A stretch of 45,391 nucleotides of DNA from the IMG/VR virus record IMGVR_UViG_3300029251_000026; one strand, given 5' to 3'. A program made the translations under genes and the position numbers. A model generated the notes under the pieces. The model ran no database searches. It saw nothing but the letters and a program-made list of their open reading frames with translations, and was not told the origin of the DNA. The stretch is from a virus. Below are positions 42,010-45,391 of this stretch, one piece after another. Within the stretch, counting starts at the first letter, position 1; every line of letters begins with the position of its first letter.

Positions 42010-43410
42010 ATGGCGAAAAGTGCGTGGGGCGCAATCGGAAAGGCACTGGGAACAGGCATTAAGAACACCATTGCGGCAAACACAAAGAAGAACAACACGA
42101 GCAGCTCTTCTTCGAGCTCGTCGAATCGCGGCAGCAGCAGTTCTTCCGGCGGCTCGTCAAACAACACGACGGGCAGCACAGCAAGCAGCGCAGCCGCTAC
42201 GCCGGACTGGCTGAAACAGGCGCAGGCAAACTCGCAGGCGTGGCACACGGCAGATGCAGCAACGAAAAAAACGCTGCAGGAGAAGAACAAGGCACTGTAC
42301 AGCAGTCACGGCTACACCTATGACGGCAAGACGGGCACATGGAGCGCACCGACTGCGGGCAGTAAATCGGCTGCGGCAGCCGGAAACCTGATCGGCGGAC
42401 TGGCTAATATCGGCCTGAACGCTTACAATCAGCTCAAAAACCAGAACAACAATCACAGTTCGATTCCGAGTGCGGACTACAAGAATACCGACCTCGGCAA
42501 CACGTTCTGGCAGTCGGTAAACGGCGGCTCGACTGACATTGACTATTTGCAGTCTATTGCGGATGCACGACAGAAAAAAGCACAGGCAAATGCTAATCTG
42601 AATCAGTATGTGGACGATCAGAACCAGCTTGCCATGCAGGCATATATCAATCAGCTGCGGCAGACTCAGAAATATGCAGATCAGTACAACCAGTATTACG
42701 AGGATGCGATCTCCAAGCAGCAGGATGCGTACACACAGGCGGCGGAACAGGCAGCGGCGCAGTACCGACAGCTGATGCCGACGATGAACCAGAGCTATGA
42801 TGATGCAGCACGGCAGGCATATATCAACTACCGAACCGCACAGCGCGATCTCCCCGGACAGCTTGCGGCGGCGGGCATTTCCGGTCAGGGTGCGGCGGAA
42901 AGCTCGATGGTTCAGCAGAACAACGCCTACAATGCGGCGTATAACCAGAACGAGCAGGCGCGTGCGAACGCCCTCGCCAATCTGGAAAATCAGGCGGCAA
43001 ACGCCTACAATACGACGGCCAATCAGGGCTTGCAGAGCGTTGCAGAACTGATGGCGCAGCAGGCGAATGCACAGCAGAACATCCTTGCACAGCAGGAGCA
43101 GATGCGACAGAACGCAATTGGCAATCTGTTCAACTATAACAACGCAATGGGCTATTCTGGCGGCATGCCGACGCTTGACGCACAGCAGACGCTTGCAAAC
43201 ATTGCGTACAACAAACGAGCACAGGATATGCAGCAGTCGCAGTATGACCAGTCGTTTAAGAACGATCAGCAGAATGCTATGCGTGATTACTACCTCAAAC
43301 TCTGGGAGGGTATGGGCAATCGCGGTGCAACGGCACAGATTGCAGCAGTGCTCGGCATTCCTACCGGAGCGGTTTACGGTCAGGGTACCTACAACTCGAA
43401 TTACTACTAA
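42010..43410 (+). CDS. Ser-tract and Gln/Asn-rich protein (candidate internal virion/ejection protein)
   Basis: ATG after aaaaggagag. 466 aa with poly-Ser and a Q/N/A-rich body. Shares an ANSxAWH...DAAxK...GxTYxGxTG motif with the giant ORF. Confidence 0.6.
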   Translation: MAKSAWGAIGKALGTGIKNTIAANTKKNNTSSSSSSSSNRGSSSSSGGSSNNTTGSTASSAAATPDWLKQAQANSQAWHTADAATKKTLQEKNKALYSSHGYTYDGKTGTWSAPTAGSKSAAAAGNLIGGLANIGLNAYNQLKNQNNNHSSIPSADYKNTDLGNTFWQSVNGGSTDIDYLQSIADARQKKAQANANLNQYVDDQNQLAMQAYINQLRQTQKYADQYNQYYEDAISKQQDAYTQAAEQAAAQYRQLMPTMNQSYDDAARQAYINYRTAQRDLPGQLAAAGISGQGAAESSMVQQNNAYNAAYNQNEQARANALANLENQAANAYNTTANQGLQSVAELMAQQANAQQNILAQQEQMRQNAIGNLFNYNNAMGYSGGMPTLDAQQTLANIAYNKRAQDMQQSQYDQSFKNDQQNAMRDYYLKLWEGMGNRGATAQIAAVLGIPTGAVYGQGTYNSNYY

Positions 43411-43417
43411 ACAATAC

Positions 43418-43445
43418 GGGGGCGGCTTAACCGCCCCTTCTTTTA
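43418..43445 (+). terminator. Rho-independent terminator
   Basis: ggggcgg-cttaa-ccgcccc followed by ttctttta. Confidence 0.65.
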
Positions 43446-43457
43446 TGGAGGCGTACA

Positions 43458-45391
43458 ATGGCATTAAGCAAGGGCCGCAGAGAGCAGCTTGAACAGGCAA
43501 AGAAAAACGCTAAGATCAAAGCAAAACAGAAGCAGAACAAGGCACTGATTCAGCAGTACAATGCGACGCACAAGAACGCACCGAAGCAGACGATCTCCGC
43601 TAAGGGCGGAAGCCGAAATACACGACAGAGCACAGGAACGACCAGAAGCACGGTAAGCAAAACGCGGATGAACAGCTCGCTGGGCAGCTCATTCGGCGGC
43701 TCAAAAAACGGAGGTGCCAAGACCACCACAGACCGCCGCGCAAGCGCAGCACGCAAGGCGGATGCGGAGAGACGGCAGAGCACGACGCTGAGACAGGGCA
43801 GTAGTTACCTTACCGGCGGCAGTACCAGAAAGGCTACGCCTTATGCTGCGGCACAGCAGGTGTACACGCCGTTGCGGTCAAACGATAGACGCGCACGGGC
43901 TGGCAGAACGGCAGATGCAAACCGCACGATCAATGCACGAAATCAGATGGCAACGACGAAAACCGGCACCGGAAAGACGTGGAATGAGAAGGAAGAACGG
44001 CAGAAAGCGATTGATACGCTGAATGCCAACTCCATGGCGTGGCACAACACGTCGGATGCAGCAGAAAAGACACGCCTGCACGCGACTAACGACCGTATCC
44101 GCAAGAAGTTCGGCATGACGTACAATGGCGATACCGGCGCGACGTATCTGCCAAAAGCCAGTGGCGGAAAGACCAATGTTTCCAAGCCGGTGGTTGAGAC
44201 GGCGAGAAATGCAGCGTTTGGGCAGAACTATCAGACACAGGAGCAGAGACAGTCACGGTATGACGAACTGAACAACGAGATTGACCGGATGCAGAAGCAG
44301 TATCCGTATCTGATCGCTATGGACATGAAAAACCGCAATGCAGGAGAAAAGCTGGCTGCGGTGCCGTGGCTGATTTCTCATCCGAAACTGGCGGCTGCCG
44401 GTATCAACGGCGATGACCAGTACAGCAAGATGAGCACGACGAACAAAAAACAGGCGGACGCGATGTATCAGCTGTACAAGCGGCTGAACGATGAAGCGGA
44501 TGCGATCAGCAAGCAAAGTGCGGGCAAGGCGTGGGGAAGCGGCGTTGCAAATGCAGCACTCAATGCAGCGGGTGCGGTAGAAAACGGAGCACGCTATGCC
44601 ACCTCTGCGGCTGAAAACGCACTGAGCGGCGCGCTGAAACTGGCAGGCAAGCAGGATGCGGGCCAGTTCTGGGAAGATGTTGCAAAGAATACGGTAAACA
44701 CCAGCTTCGCGGATTCTGCAATGCAGAAGGTGAACGACTGGGCACAGCCTGTCGGTTCGGCAAAGAAATCGCAGGAGCTTGCAGGCTCCGGTGCGCGTAT
44801 GCTGCCGGGCATGACGCTGGGTGCGGCAACCGGTACGGCAAGCAAGGTTTCCTCTCTGCTGGATAAAGCACCTCTTGCGAATGCAAGTTTAGCGGCAATC
44901 TTTGGCGATTCGGCGGCGAGCGGTGCACGCGAAGCGCTGAACGATGGCGCAAGTCTCAATCAGGCGCTTGCTTACGGTGCGGGCAGCGGTTTAACCGAGG
45001 TCGGCACGGAGAAGATGTTCGGCGGTATTCCCGGACTGAACGAGGGCGCAATCAACACCGGAGGCGGCGTGCTTGGTCGCGCACTTGATATTCTCGGTGA
45101 GGGCGTAGAGGAAGCGGCAAGCACGTTGGTAAATCCGTACCTCAAGCGTGCAACCTATGACAAGAACGCACAGAACGCAACGGCGCAGGAGCTTTGGGAC
45201 AGTGCGAAGGGCGGCATTGCATTGGCAGGCGTTATGCAGGGCGCAAGCGGCCTTGCGGGACGAATGGCAAACCGGAGATACGGTACTGCACCGGCTGAGA
45301 CAACCACCTCTATCCATGACGCAAACGCGGATATGCGGGCAGCTGATGCAATGTATGACCGTCTGCACCCGGAGACGGCGCAGGCGCTTCC
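43458..45391 (+). CDS. Giant virion-associated protein, N-terminal part (continues through the terminal repeat into 2-4903)
   Basis: ATG at 43458 lies 6 nt after ggagg. The frame stays open to the window end. 45293 corresponds to position 1, which keeps the phase (45333 corresponds to 41). Confidence 0.7.
   Translation, partial: MALSKGRREQLEQAKKNAKIKAKQKQNKALIQQYNATHKNAPKQTISAKGGSRNTRQSTGTTRSTVSKTRMNSSLGSSFGGSKNGGAKTTTDRRASAARKADAERRQSTTLRQGSSYLTGGSTRKATPYAAAQQVYTPLRSNDRRARAGRTADANRTINARNQMATTKTGTGKTWNEKEERQKAIDTLNANSMAWHNTSDAAEKTRLHATNDRIRKKFGMTYNGDTGATYLPKASGGKTNVSKPVVETARNAAFGQNYQTQEQRQSRYDELNNEIDRMQKQYPYLIAMDMKNRNAGEKLAAVPWLISHPKLAAAGINGDDQYSKMSTTNKKQADAMYQLYKRLNDEADAISKQSAGKAWGSGVANAALNAAGAVENGARYATSAAENALSGALKLAGKQDAGQFWEDVAKNTVNTSFADSAMQKVNDWAQPVGSAKKSQELAGSGARMLPGMTLGAATGTASKVSSLLDKAPLANASLAAIFGDSAASGAREALNDGASLNQALAYGAGSGLTEVGTEKMFGGIPGLNEGAINTGGGVLGRALDILGEGVEEAASTLVNPYLKRATYDKNAQNATAQELWDSAKGGIALAGVMQGASGLAGRMANRRYGTAPAETTTSIHDANADMRAADAMYDRLHPETAQAL
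45293..45391. repeat. Terminal 99-bp direct repeat, identical to 1-99
   Basis: Verbatim identity with the window start. Confidence 0.9.

Overview
The window is a complete, circularly closed genome of a temperate dsDNA phage. Its first 99 nt are identical to its last 99 nt, leaving about 45,292 bp of unique sequence. Host-type signals point to a Gram-positive, Clostridia-like host: GGAGG Shine-Dalgarno sites, a Cheo-type LexA box, XkdW/XkdX-like genes and an amidase_2 endolysin.

Gene order along the window:
- A giant ORF crosses the circle junction. It starts at 43458 and ends at 4903, giving about 2,245 aa with a C-terminal M23 peptidase.
- The lysogeny module (4.9-8.5 kb) holds a candidate attP, a tyrosine integrase, two membrane-protein accessory genes, an SOS-box promoter with a small ORF convergent on the repressor, and a CI-like/Cro-like switch with consensus divergent promoters and ACCC-N5-GGGT operators.
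- The early/replication-recombination module (8.6-21.3 kb) encodes Gp157-like, Rad52-like SSAP, NinB-like, three HNH nucleases, SSB, a replisome organizer, RusA, a DNA methyltransferase, DUF551, two Lar-like proteins in a duplicated cassette, and an ArpU/RinA/DUF1492-like late regulator with no canonical start codon.
- A 1.2-kb coding-free, helix-dense locus (21.35-22.55 kb) carries five covarying hairpin modules. I interpret it as a large ornate ncRNA, and it is the most interesting item in the window.
- A five-gene minus-strand accessory cassette (22.55-24.83 kb) encodes a multi-zinc-ribbon protein and small acidic or Cys-rich proteins. A divergent RHH gene and a triplicated operator sit next to it.
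- The packaging/head module contains TerS, TerL, portal, scaffold and major capsid.
- The tail genes include a collagen-repeat fibre. There are no tail tube, sheath or tape-measure genes, so the virion is inferred to be podovirus-like.
- A lysis cassette encodes a holin and an amidase.
- A block of unusual Gly/Asn-, Cys- and Gln/Asn-rich proteins leads into the giant ORF and may encode ejection proteins.

All functional calls come from motifs read in the supplied translations and from my memory of protein families. No database search was run.
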